From: Thermoanaerobaculia bacterium
GTDB taxonomy: Bacteria; Acidobacteriota; Thermoanaerobaculia; Multivoradales; Multivoraceae
Direction of reading: 5' to 3'
DNA length: 64,000 bases
NCBI GenBank assembly: GCA_963666565.1
Contig: OY762911.1
Coordinates: 3,712,001 to 3,776,000 of the forward strand
Shown here: piece after piece, positions 38,039-47,027 of the stretch
Numbering within the stretch: position 1 is the stretch's first letter
How the letters are laid out: each line of letters opens with the position of its first letter
Notes under the pieces: generated by a model
What the model saw: the letters and a program-made list of their open reading frames with translations, nothing else
Told to the model about the DNA's origin: nothing
Database searches by the model: none
Translations under genes and position numbers: made by a program

Positions 38039-39595
38039 TTGCGGCGCGCGCTCGTCCTCCTCCACCGCTGGCTGGGCATTGCCGGCAACCTGCTGTTCGT
38101 GGTGTGGTTCGCCTCGGCCCTGGTCATGATGTACGTCCGGATGCCGTCGCTCGGCCCGGGCGACCGCCTGGACCGCCTGCCGGTCCTCGATCACGACGCC
38201 GTGCGGGTCGGCCCGGCGGAGGCCGCGGCCGCGGCGGGCCCGGGCGCCCGGGATCTCCCGGCGCTCCAGCTCCGGCTCGGCATGGCGGGCGACAGGCCCG
38301 TCTACCGGCTTCGCACCGCGGCCGGTTGGACCGCCATGTACGCGGACTCGGGCAGTCCGCTGCTGCAGGTGTCCGAACGGCAGGCGCTCGAGATCGCCGC
38401 CGCCTTTCGCGCCGGCGGAAACCGCGGCCCGGCGCGGGCCTCCGCCGGCGCCGAGATCGCATACGACGCGTACCTCGCCCGTCCCGACCAGTGGTCCCTG
38501 CAGATCCGCGGCCTGCTGCCGCTCCACCGCGTCAGGGCCGGCGCGGATGCGTTCTACGTGTCGGACCGCACCGCCGAGGTCGTCATGGCGACCACGCCCG
38601 CGTCCCGCTTCTGGGGCACGGCGGGCGCCGTCTTCCACTGGCTCTACTTCACGCCGCTCCGGTCCCACTCGGCGTTCTGGTACCAGTTGATCGTCTGGAC
38701 GGCGGGCCTGGGCTGCGTACTGACCCTGTCCGGTCTGGCCGCGGGCATCGTGCGGCTCCGGCGAAGACGCTCGCCGTACAGGGGCATCATGCGCTGGCAC
38801 CACTACAGCGGGCTGGCGTTCGGCGCCGCCGCCTTCACCTGGGTGCTGAGCGGCGCCCTGTCGATGGACCCGTTCGGCTGGCAGGAAGGCAGGACGGCGA
38901 GCGCCGCCCGGCAGGCCGCCGTGGCGGGCGGAGCGCTGCGGCTCGACCGACTGGAGGCGGCCTCGCTCCGGGCCGCGGCTCGGTCGATCTCGGAGTCGTT
39001 CCCTCCCCGCGAAATCGAACTGGTCCAGTTCGACGGCGAACCTCTCGCCCTGGCGTACCGGCCTCCCGGAGGCGAGCGTTCCCGCGGCGGCGCCTACGGG
39101 CGCGGCCCCCTCGCCTTCCTGTCGCCCGTTCAGCCGTTCGAGCGGCGGCTCGCCGCGCTCGACGACGGGGCGCCCCGGCGGTTCGACCGCTCCGAGCTGC
39201 TGGCGGCGGCGGCCGCGGCGATCCCGGAGGCGAGCATCGTCGACGTGGCGGATCTGCGGGAGTACGACGCCTACTACGACGACCGCAGATACCGCCTCCT
39301 GCCCCTGCCGGTTCTGCGGATCCGCTTCGACGACCCGGCCCGCACCTGGCTTTATCTCGACCCGGCGCTGGGACGCATCGTCCACGGCGAGAGTCGGCAA
39401 AGCCGGCTCGACCGCTGGCTGTACAGGGGCCTGCACCGGCTCGACTTTCCTGGCTTCTACCACCGGCGCCCCCTGTGGGACGCCGTGGTGATCGTCCTGC
39501 TGCTGGGCGGGTTGTTCTCCTCGGCTTCGTCGCTCGCGCCAGCGGCAAGACGCCTCAGGCGGCACGCGGCGCGCCTGAGGCGTCGGGAGGGCTGA
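38039..39595 (+). CDS. PepSY-associated TM helix membrane protein
   Basis: LHRWLG, HWLYF, WHHYSGL, LYRGLHRLDF; four TM segments with periplasmic domains. Confidence 0.85.
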   Translation: MRRALVLLHRWLGIAGNLLFVVWFASALVMMYVRMPSLGPGDRLDRLPVLDHDAVRVGPAEAAAAAGPGARDLPALQLRLGMAGDRPVYRLRTAAGWTAMYADSGSPLLQVSERQALEIAAAFRAGGNRGPARASAGAEIAYDAYLARPDQWSLQIRGLLPLHRVRAGADAFYVSDRTAEVVMATTPASRFWGTAGAVFHWLYFTPLRSHSAFWYQLIVWTAGLGCVLTLSGLAAGIVRLRRRRSPYRGIMRWHHYSGLAFGAAAFTWVLSGALSMDPFGWQEGRTASAARQAAVAGGALRLDRLEAASLRAAARSISESFPPREIELVQFDGEPLALAYRPPGGERSRGGAYGRGPLAFLSPVQPFERRLAALDDGAPRRFDRSELLAAAAAAIPEASIVDVADLREYDAYYDDRRYRLLPLPVLRIRFDDPARTWLYLDPALGRIVHGESRQSRLDRWLYRGLHRLDFPGFYHRRPLWDAVVIVLLLGGLFSSASSLAPAARRLRRHAARLRRREG

Positions 39596-39663
39596 CGGCA
39601 GGCAGGCGACCCCCGGGAACGGGCGTCACCCGCGTTCCCGGAAGCCGGCGCTACCCGCCGGAT

Positions 39664-39715
39664 GCGGGTCGGAAGACCCGCGCACCCAGTGCGGGTCGGG
39701 AAGACCCGCGCACCC
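39664..39715 (-). repeat. Two tandem REP-like variant A copies
   Basis: GCGGGTCGGAAGACCCGCGCACCC (39664-39687) and a +1 nt copy (39691-39715), between convergent genes. Confidence 0.85.
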
Positions 39716-39722
39716 GGTGCGG

Positions 39723-40163
39723 TTACCGGGGCGGCTCGGTCGGGTCGCGGCCGTCGCGCGGAGCGCCGGTGCCCGAGGAGCCCATGAAGATCTTGCTGCC
39801 GTCCTCGAAGGTCACGTCGCGGCCGTTCGCGCGTCGCGAGCGGTCCTTGCTCTGGTAGCCGTCGACGATGATGACGGTCCCGACCTGGAGGTCGTCCCGG
39901 GAGAGGCCGCGGCGCAGCAGGGTGTTGGGCGTGCCGCCCTCGACCATCCAGACGTGCTTCGTGCCGTCTTCCTCGGTGTGCTCCACGTGAATCCAGGTGT
40001 GCGGATTGACCCACTCGACCTTGACGACCGGGCCCTTCAGCAGCAGCGGACGGTTGGGATCGAACTCGGCGCCGAACGCGTGGTGCGCCGCCAGGGGCAC
40101 CGCCACCGCGATCGCCGCGACGGCGAAGCTGATCCCCGTGATGATCATGGCTCGCTTGTTCAT
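39723..40163 (-). CDS. DUF6152 family small exported protein
   Basis: Signal peptide ending PLAA, then HHAFGAEFD; G.V..VEWVNPHTWI, W.VEGGTPN.L.RRG. Confidence 0.8.
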   Translation of the reverse strand: MNKRAMIITGISFAVAAIAVAVPLAAHHAFGAEFDPNRPLLLKGPVVKVEWVNPHTWIHVEHTEEDGTKHVWMVEGGTPNTLLRRGLSRDDLQVGTVIIVDGYQSKDRSRRANGRDVTFEDGSKIFMGSSGTGAPRDGRDPTEPPR

Positions 40164-40286
40164 GGGTGTCTCTCGCTCCTCGGTTGTGATGTGGGTGGGT
40201 GATCCGTGAGTTCGTTCGGTCGAAGCGCGCGGGGCACGCGGCAGATCGGCCCGCAGACGCGACTCTAGCAGGATCGGAGCGGGTCG

Positions 40287-41369
40287 CTACTCCCCGGAAT
40301 CCGACGCGCCCGCCGCCGCCAGGGCATCCGCCTCCAGCAACCGGGCGCCGCGCATGATGTTGCCGAGGGCGTAGTTCCCCTCGTGGCAGGCGTACTCGTA
40401 GAGCAATGCGTCCGTGCGCGGCCAGACGTACTCGCCGCCCCACGACTCCGTCCATGTGTTCGGGTCCTCGACGGTGAACCGATACAGGAGGCCGTCCCTG
40501 TCGTTCACCGAGAACCGCTCCACTGTGCGCATGTCCCGCGTACCGCCGCGAAGACCCGTGCGGTCGCCGAAGTTCGTCGTTTCGACGACGAGCGTGTCGC
40601 CTTCCCACCAGCCGATCGAGTCGCCGAGCCAGCGGCGCTCTTCCGCCGGCATGTGCTCGCCGCCGATCCGGACGACCCGCGCGTCGTGGACCATCTCGAC
40701 CAGGATCATCACGTGGTCCTCCGTCTGCACGATGCGCTTCACGTTGTTGTACAGCGCCGGCAGCATGGGCGGCCCGGCGGTCGAACTGAAGCCCAGCAGG
40801 CAACGCTCCGCCAGCGGTCGCAGTTCCGGATCGTCGTACGGTCCGACCCCGCCGCGTTCGAGCCACCAGGCCTCGCCCGTGTTGGCTCGCCAGAAACCCC
40901 GCCGCGCCGCACTGCGCTCCCTGGCCGCCTCGGTCAGCGCCGGGTGCCGGCCGTTCTTCGGATGGGTGATGATCGAGGTACGGAACTTGCCGTCGATCTC
41001 GAAGACGTCGGTGCCGTTGTCGATCCAGAAGGAGTTGTAGCCGCCGACGTTCCCCGCGGCGCCCGGCGAGCCGTCGCCGCCGTCCGGCGGCGCCTCGCGG
41101 TCCGGGTCGCTGTCCCGCGAGCCCGCGGCCCGCAAGAGCGCAGCCTGGCGCACCCTCTTCTCCGCTTCTTCCCTGGTCAGGAAGAGGTTGTCGCCGAATG
41201 CCGCGGGCCGCGCCAACGGCGTCAACGTGGCGACATCGTAGTGGCCGGTGAAATCCGGCCGCCCCGAGGCGGTGCGCGGGATGTCCTCGTCGCCAGCCGC
41301 CAGCGCGGGCACGACGAATCCGGCCAACGACAGCAGGGTTACAGCAACCTTGAGTGCGCGTTCTCGCAT
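40287..41369 (-). CDS. Conserved exported hypothetical protein (EYACHEGNY family, paralogue 1)
   Basis: Signal peptide; PRT.SGRPD, YN.FW.D.G, ERC, GDS.G.WEGDTLVVET, YEYACHEGNY. Confidence 0.85.
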   Translation of the reverse strand: MRERALKVAVTLLSLAGFVVPALAAGDEDIPRTASGRPDFTGHYDVATLTPLARPAAFGDNLFLTREEAEKRVRQAALLRAAGSRDSDPDREAPPDGGDGSPGAAGNVGGYNSFWIDNGTDVFEIDGKFRTSIITHPKNGRHPALTEAARERSAARRGFWRANTGEAWWLERGGVGPYDDPELRPLAERCLLGFSSTAGPPMLPALYNNVKRIVQTEDHVMILVEMVHDARVVRIGGEHMPAEERRWLGDSIGWWEGDTLVVETTNFGDRTGLRGGTRDMRTVERFSVNDRDGLLYRFTVEDPNTWTESWGGEYVWPRTDALLYEYACHEGNYALGNIMRGARLLEADALAAAGASDSGE

Positions 41370-41432
41370 GCCTGACCTCGCTAGGGATCCCGGGCAAACC
41401 GCGCCCGCGACGCGGCGCCCGGCGGTGCTCTT

Positions 41433-42347
41433 CTACTCGACCAGCTTCATCCGCGGCAGCGGGTTCCGCCGGTACTCGCCGTACATCAGCTCTTCCACGA
41501 ACTCGACGCAGCGGAAGTCCATCAGCCGGGCGTTCGGCTCCATCCGGCGGTAGAGCGGCATCTCGATCGTCCACGGCTCGGTGTACGTCTGCGGGTCCGT
41601 GAGCGTCGCCTCGTAGTGGATGTGGTTCGGGCCGCTCAGCGTGTACCGCTCGACCACCGTCAACTGGTTGCTGTAGTGGTTGCCGGAGCGGTCGAGCCAG
41701 CCGCCGCAGCCGGGCATGTCTTCCTCGCGCTCGGCGCAGTCCTTGGCCAGCAGACCGTTGACCTCGACGACCAGGGTGTCGCCGTCCCAGCGGCCGTACG
41801 ACATGCCCATCCAACTGTCGATCTGGGCCGGCTTCGGATCCTCCAGGTAGATGTCGCGGACGGCGCCGGCGTACTGATAGGCGATGAAGATCGCGTTCTC
41901 GCTGTGGAGGATCTGGAACGGCTGCGGCATGTAGGTCGCCCGCGGGACGCCCGGCAGGTAGCAGAAGACTTCCTGGTCGCGGGTGGACCAGTTGGCGAGA
42001 TTCTCCATCTTCAGCGCCTGGGCCGCCTCCGTGTACGGGATCTTCCCGCCGCCCTTGATCACGCCCATGCCCGGCGGCACCGAGCCCACCGCGCCGAAGT
42101 TGAGCACCTCGGCCGCGGGAAGCGGGCCGTGGGGACCCTGTCGCAACTGCATGGCGGCCCGCGCCATGTGCAGCTCGAGGTCGTAGTTCGCCTCGTTCAG
42201 GGCCTGCCAGATGCCGTTCAGGTCCGGGTGGCCGTCCGAGAGCCGCTTCGGCTCGAAGTCCTGGGCCGCGAGCGGCGCCGCCGCCACGACGAGAACCGCG
42301 ACCGCAGCCACGGCGATTCGAGAAGACACGCTAGTTCCGGATTTCAT
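41433..42347 (-). CDS. Conserved exported hypothetical protein (divergent member of the same family)
   Basis: DGHPDLNGIW, CYLPGVPR, MG.S.GRWDGDTLVV, ERYT, DP..YT.PW, DFRCVE. Start uncertain (42347, 42359 or 42431). Confidence 0.8.
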   Translation of the reverse strand: MKSGTSVSSRIAVAAVAVLVVAAAPLAAQDFEPKRLSDGHPDLNGIWQALNEANYDLELHMARAAMQLRQGPHGPLPAAEVLNFGAVGSVPPGMGVIKGGGKIPYTEAAQALKMENLANWSTRDQEVFCYLPGVPRATYMPQPFQILHSENAIFIAYQYAGAVRDIYLEDPKPAQIDSWMGMSYGRWDGDTLVVEVNGLLAKDCAEREEDMPGCGGWLDRSGNHYSNQLTVVERYTLSGPNHIHYEATLTDPQTYTEPWTIEMPLYRRMEPNARLMDFRCVEFVEELMYGEYRRNPLPRMKLVE

Positions 42348-42463
42348 GACGTTGGCCATACTCCTCTTCGGCAGACGCCGGGTTGTCTGAGCGGATGGGC
42401 GAACCCTGTCACCTTCGGCGAACGGGGTCAACCCCGGCCCGTGGCCGCCGGCTGCGCGGGCGT

Positions 42464-42487
42464 CGGCGCGCGGGTCTTCCGACCCGC
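42464..42487 (+). repeat. REP-like element, variant A
   Basis: CGGCGCGCGGGTCTTCCGACCCGC; hairpin identical to the consensus, tail degenerate. Confidence 0.75.
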
Positions 42488-42507
42488 CGCCGATTCGACC
42501 GGCACCC

Positions 42508-43530
42508 CTAACCCCCTTGCTTCGCGCGGTGCCGCTGCTCCAGGTAGCGCGCGCCGCGCAGCGTGTTGCCCATCGAGTAGTTCCCCTCGTGGCAGGCGAA
42601 CTCGTAGAGCCGGGCGTCGGTGCGCGGCCACGGCAGCGAGCCGCTGTAGGGCGCGGTGAACTCCGGGTCGTCGACCGAGTACTCGTAGAACAGGTTGTCC
42701 CCGTCGAGGAAGCTCAGCCGCTCGACGACATGGGCGCCCTTCCGGTGAAAGCCCCAGTCGCCAAGCAGGTTCGCCGTCTCGACGACCAGGGTGTCGCCGT
42801 CCCAGCGGCCGACCGAGTCGCCCGCGTAGGAGCGATAGTCCTCGGGCAGGCGCTCCCCGTCGAGACGGACGATCCGCGCCCAGTGCATCCACTCGATCAG
42901 GATGACGACGTGCGTGTCGGTCTGGACGATCGTCTTCAGGTTGTTGTACGCCCTGGGGCCGATGGGCATCGTCGACCCCTGGTGGAAGACGCAGCGGTTG
43001 CCCAGCGTGAGCGACTCCGGCCCGTCGTACGGGTCGTCCCCGTTCTCCAGCCACCAGGCCGTGCCGGTGTTCTCGTAGCCGAACGGCGGCAGCGTGTCGA
43101 AGCGCGCCTGGCCCGCCTCGGTTCGGGGCGGGAGACGGCCGTTCGGCGGATCCGTGATCACGGACGTCCGGTACTTGCCGTCGACCTTGAAGGCAGCCGT
43201 GCCCCGGTCGAGCCAGAAGGCATTGTAGGCGCCGACGCCCCGATATCCCTCCTCCGAGCGGCCCGCGATCACGCCCCGATCGGAGTCGCGGAGCTCCTGA
43301 TCGCGGGCGTTGGCCGCGGCCATTCCGTCGGCGATCCCCTGCGCCTCCTCTTCGGTGAAGTACCGTCGGTCGCCGAACCGGGGGTCGCGCTCCAGCGGCG
43401 TGAGGAACGAGACGTCGTAGTTCCCCGAGAAGTCCGGCCTGCCGCTCGGCGTGCGCGGAATGTCGTCCGCCGCGAGGCACGGCACGAGGAGCAGGCTCGC
43501 GGCTGCACACAGGGAGAGGGCTCGGGTCAT
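42508..43530 (-). CDS. Conserved exported hypothetical protein (EYACHEGNY family, paralogue 2)
   Basis: AGGAGG RBS then ATG at 43530; same motif set as 40287..41369 (YEFACHEGNY). Confidence 0.85.
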   Translation of the reverse strand: MTRALSLCAAASLLLVPCLAADDIPRTPSGRPDFSGNYDVSFLTPLERDPRFGDRRYFTEEEAQGIADGMAAANARDQELRDSDRGVIAGRSEEGYRGVGAYNAFWLDRGTAAFKVDGKYRTSVITDPPNGRLPPRTEAGQARFDTLPPFGYENTGTAWWLENGDDPYDGPESLTLGNRCVFHQGSTMPIGPRAYNNLKTIVQTDTHVVILIEWMHWARIVRLDGERLPEDYRSYAGDSVGRWDGDTLVVETANLLGDWGFHRKGAHVVERLSFLDGDNLFYEYSVDDPEFTAPYSGSLPWPRTDARLYEFACHEGNYSMGNTLRGARYLEQRHRAKQGG

Positions 43531-43558
43531 CGTTCTCGACCTCCTGGTATGCGCTGTT

Positions 43559-43646
43559 CGAGAGTGCCGCGAGCCTAGCAGCCCGCGCAGCGCCCGCTGC
43601 GCTGGCGCCCAGGGAACTGGCAGTTCCATGCAAACCGGCACTCTCG
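43559..43646. other. Multi-branch stem-loop in an intergenic spacer
   Basis: CGAGAGTGCCG/CGGCACTCTCG 11-bp closing stem enclosing GCGCAGCG..CGCTGCGC and GGAACTG.CAGTTCC hairpins. Confidence 0.55.
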
Positions 43647-43656
43647 GCCCTTCCCG

Positions 43657-45432
43657 TCAGCGGGAAGCGGGCAACGCGAACACGAACAGCGTGTTGTTCG
43701 AGCTCGGCTGGAGCTCCGACGTCAGTCTCCGGTAGGTCGAGGTCGACCCGCCCTCGGCGCCGGTGCCGACCGCCACGTACTGGCGGCCGTCCACCGCGTA
43801 GCTGACCGGGAAGCCGGTCACCGAGGAACCGAGGTTGATCTCCCAGAGCACCTCGCCGGTCTCCTGGTCCAGCGCCCAGAAGCGGCCGCCGACGTCGCCG
43901 CCGAAGACGAGGCCGCCGCCGGTCGCGACAAGCGACATCGTCACCGGCAGCCGCTCGTGGAGCCACAGGGTCTCGCCGGTCTCGGCGGAGATCGCGTAGA
44001 CGGTTCCGAGCGTTTCCTTCCCCGGTGCGAACTGCGTTTCGTTGACCAGCGCGTAGTGCATCGCGCCGCGGCCCACGCGCGTCGTCATCCGGGAGCACAG
44101 GTTGCGAAGCGGGTAGTACATCGCGTTCGTCAGCGGGCTGTAGGCGCCGGCCTCCCAGTCCTTGCCGCCGAGAAGCGACGGGCAGATCAGGCGCTCCTGC
44201 TCCAGCTCGGTGAAGACGACCTCCGCGTTCTCGACCACGGCGCCCGTTTCGCCGTCGATCCGTTCGATCACGTTCTGCGGCACTGTCGGGCGCGCCCAGA
44301 GGAACTCGCCCGTCTCGCGGTCGAGGGTGTAGACGAGGCCGGTCTTGCCGGGCACGCCCGTCACGACCTTCCGCGTCTCGCCCGCCTCGATCGCAGGGTT
44401 CAGCCACGGGACGGCCTCCGCGTCAGGCGCCACCGCCGTGTCGACCAGCAGCCGCTCGAAGGGGTGGTCAAGGTCCCAGTGGTCGTTCAGGTGCTGGTAG
44501 TACCAGCGCACTTCGCCGCTCTCGACCTCCAGTGCCAGCGTGCTGTTGTGGTAGAGGTGCCGCTTCTCGTGGCCGCCGAGCAGGAACTTCGGCGCCGGCG
44601 ACGTGACCGAGGTGCCGACCACGAGCAGTTCCAGTTCCGGGTCGTAGCTCGGCGCCATCCAGGACCCGACGTGGTGCCGGTCCTCGAACGGCAGGTCGCC
44701 CCAGGTCTCGTTACCCGGCTCGCCCGGCCCCGGAATCAGCGGCCGGCGCCAGAGTTCCTCGCCGGTGGCCGCGTCGTGGGCGGCGACGAAGCAAGCCTCC
44801 GGCCCCCGGTGCGGCCGGCAGCTTCGCCCTGAGACGACGCGTCCGGCCGCGACGATCGGCCCGGTCGAATGCCTCGCCGGGTCCTCCTCGTAGTCGACGA
44901 TCCGCGTCTCCCAGACCAGCTCGCCGGTGACGGCGTCCAGCGCGTAGACGTAACCGTCGTTCGCCGTGTCGATGATCAGACCGCCGTGGATCGCCAGACT
45001 GCGGTTGACCGTCTCCAGCCCGCCGACGTAGGTCGCGATGTCGTCCGGGATCGGCCGCCGGTACTCCCAGAGAAGGTCGCCGGTCGCCGCGTCGATGGCC
45101 TGGGTGACGCTGCTCGGGTTCGGGTAGTACATGACGCCGTCGTACACGAGCGGCGTCCCCTGCTGGCTTCCCTCCTCCAGTCCGCGCGACCACGCCAGGG
45201 TCAGTTCGCCGACGTTTTCCCGGTCGATCCGATCGAGCGGGCTGTACGCCCAGCCGTTCTGGGTGCGGCGCCAGTGCAGCCAGTCGCCGGGCGCCGGATC
45301 CTCGAGCATCGCGTCCGTCACGGGGACGAAGGAGCCATCGGACTGTGCACCAAGCGGCAAGGCCAGGGCCGCCAGGAGCGCGGCCACGACGACGATCCGC
45401 GCCGCCAACCGAAGGAGAAGCTCTCGACTCAT
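43657..45432 (-). CDS. Exported PQQ-dependent alcohol-dehydrogenase-like beta-propeller enzyme
   Basis: ATG at 45432; signal peptide, DWL.WRRT..GW.YSPL..I, TPLVYDGVMY, DHWDLDH, GGKDW, ATGGGLVFGGD, YAVDGRQYVAV. Confidence 0.88.
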   Translation of the reverse strand: MSRELLLRLAARIVVVAALLAALALPLGAQSDGSFVPVTDAMLEDPAPGDWLHWRRTQNGWAYSPLDRIDRENVGELTLAWSRGLEEGSQQGTPLVYDGVMYYPNPSSVTQAIDAATGDLLWEYRRPIPDDIATYVGGLETVNRSLAIHGGLIIDTANDGYVYALDAVTGELVWETRIVDYEEDPARHSTGPIVAAGRVVSGRSCRPHRGPEACFVAAHDAATGEELWRRPLIPGPGEPGNETWGDLPFEDRHHVGSWMAPSYDPELELLVVGTSVTSPAPKFLLGGHEKRHLYHNSTLALEVESGEVRWYYQHLNDHWDLDHPFERLLVDTAVAPDAEAVPWLNPAIEAGETRKVVTGVPGKTGLVYTLDRETGEFLWARPTVPQNVIERIDGETGAVVENAEVVFTELEQERLICPSLLGGKDWEAGAYSPLTNAMYYPLRNLCSRMTTRVGRGAMHYALVNETQFAPGKETLGTVYAISAETGETLWLHERLPVTMSLVATGGGLVFGGDVGGRFWALDQETGEVLWEINLGSSVTGFPVSYAVDGRQYVAVGTGAEGGSTSTYRRLTSELQPSSNNTLFVFALPASR

Positions 45433-45621
45433 GTTCGGACTCCCGGATTCCGTGCTCGCCGCTCCGCGGCGCGATGCCGGCCCCGAGGCCGGCGCACTCG
45501 TTGCATCAGTTCCTGCTTCCTGCGAAGCGAGCGGTTCCCGCGAAGTGAGCGGCGAGCGTAGCGCAGCGGAAGCTGCTCGCACGGCCCGACCGCGCCCGGC
45601 GAACGGCGCTATCCTCGCGCG

Positions 45622-46869
45622 ATGCGCGCGACGGACAACGGCCGGATCGTGATCACGGGGCTCGGCGCGGTGACCCCCGTCGGCAACGACGTCGAGACGT
45701 TCTGGCGCCGGATGAAGGCCGGCGACTCGGGGGCAGGACCGATCACCGCCTTCGACACGGAAGGGTTCAAGGTGAAGGTCGCCTGCGAAGTTCGCGACTT
45801 CGACGCGAGGGAGTGGCTGGAGGGCAAGGCGGCGCGCCGGCTCGCCCGCGCCACCCACTTCGCGGTCGCTTCGGCAAAGCAGGCGGTGGCCGACGCGGAC
45901 CTTGGCATCGAGCCCGCCGCGGCCCATCGTTACGGCATCACCTTCAACACCGGCGGCGGCGGCCTGGCGAGCATGGAGAACGGAACGCGGAGACTCGTCG
46001 CCCGGGGACCCCGGCAGGCGAACCCGTTCCTCGTCACCGACGTGATGCCGAACGCCGTGTCCTGCCTGATCTCGATCGAACTCGGCATCACGGGACCGAC
46101 CACGACCTCGACCCTGGCCTGCGCGAGCGGCAACTACGCCCTGCTCGAGGCGTACCGGCTGTTGCGCTCCGGCGAGGTCGACGCGGTCGTCGCCGGCGGC
46201 GCCGAGGCCGCCATCACCCCGTTGATCATCGCCACGTTCTCGCGCCTGCAGGCCCTGTCGACCCGCAACGACGATCCGAAGGCCGCCAGCCGTCCGTTCG
46301 ACAGCGACCGCGACGGCTTCGTGTTCGGCGAGGGCGGCGTGGCGTTCGTCGTCGAGACCGAGCGCCACGCCGAGCAACGAGGCGCGAGGATCTACGCCGA
46401 AGTGCGCGGAGGCGCCGTCACCGCCGACGCGCACCACCTGACGGCGCCGAAGCCCGACGGCTCGGGAGCGGCGGCCGCGATGAGCCGGGCGCTCGAGTCG
46501 AGCGGCACCGATCCCGGCGAGGTCGACGCCGTCTTCGCGCACGGCACGGCAACCCCGCTCGGCGACGTCGCGGAGACCCTGGCGATCAAGTCGGCGCTCG
46601 GCGAGCGCGCCCGCGACGTAGCCGTCACCGCCACCAAATCGCAGGTCGGTCACATGCTCGGCGCGGCCGGAGCGGTGTCGGCCCTGGCGGCGGTCAAGAC
46701 GATCGAGGAGGGGACGATCCCGCCGACGATCAACCTCGACCGACCCGACCCGGAGTGCGACCTGGACTACGTCCCGAACCGTGCCCGCGCCCACCCCACC
46801 GGCGTGGCGCTCGTCAACGCCTTCGGCTTCGGCGGCCAGAACGTCGTTCTCGTCCTCGGCGGAGGCTGA
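45622..46869 (+). CDS. fabF: 3-oxoacyl-ACP synthase II (KAS II)
   Basis: IVITGLGAVTPVG, ACASG (Cys), SRPFD.DRDGFV.GEG, AHGTATPLGD, KSQVGHMLGAAG, NAFGFGGQN. Confidence 0.9.
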   Translation: MRATDNGRIVITGLGAVTPVGNDVETFWRRMKAGDSGAGPITAFDTEGFKVKVACEVRDFDAREWLEGKAARRLARATHFAVASAKQAVADADLGIEPAAAHRYGITFNTGGGGLASMENGTRRLVARGPRQANPFLVTDVMPNAVSCLISIELGITGPTTTSTLACASGNYALLEAYRLLRSGEVDAVVAGGAEAAITPLIIATFSRLQALSTRNDDPKAASRPFDSDRDGFVFGEGGVAFVVETERHAEQRGARIYAEVRGGAVTADAHHLTAPKPDGSGAAAAMSRALESSGTDPGEVDAVFAHGTATPLGDVAETLAIKSALGERARDVAVTATKSQVGHMLGAAGAVSALAAVKTIEEGTIPPTINLDRPDPECDLDYVPNRARAHPTGVALVNAFGFGGQNVVLVLGGG

Positions 46870-46880
46870 GGTTCCGCCCT

Positions 46881-47015
46881 GCCGGGTGCGCGGGTCTTCC
46901 GACCCGCCCACGGGCGGCGCCGCGAAGCGGCGCGGACCGTGCAACAGGGCCTTCGGCCGGTGCGTGTTCCTGGCCACCTTGGGCGGCAGCGGGTCGGAAG
47001 ACCCGCGCACCCGGC
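46881..47015. repeat. REP doublet / MITE-like element with 27-bp perfect terminal inverted repeats
   Basis: GCCGGGTGCGCGGGTCTTCCGACCCGC (46881-46907) and its exact reverse complement (46989-47015) flank an 81-bp core. Confidence 0.85.
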
Positions 47016-47027
47016 GCGCTGGCCGGC

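Noticed and set aside
43559-43646. tRNA gene
   Set aside because: Multi-stem, but lacks the T-loop GTTC(G/A)A context, a 7-nt anticodon loop and proper arm lengths.
45433-47010. N-terminal half of the 1117-aa ORF (PQQ enzyme fusion)
   Set aside because: Antisense to fabF; the PQQ protein has its own signal peptide from 45432.
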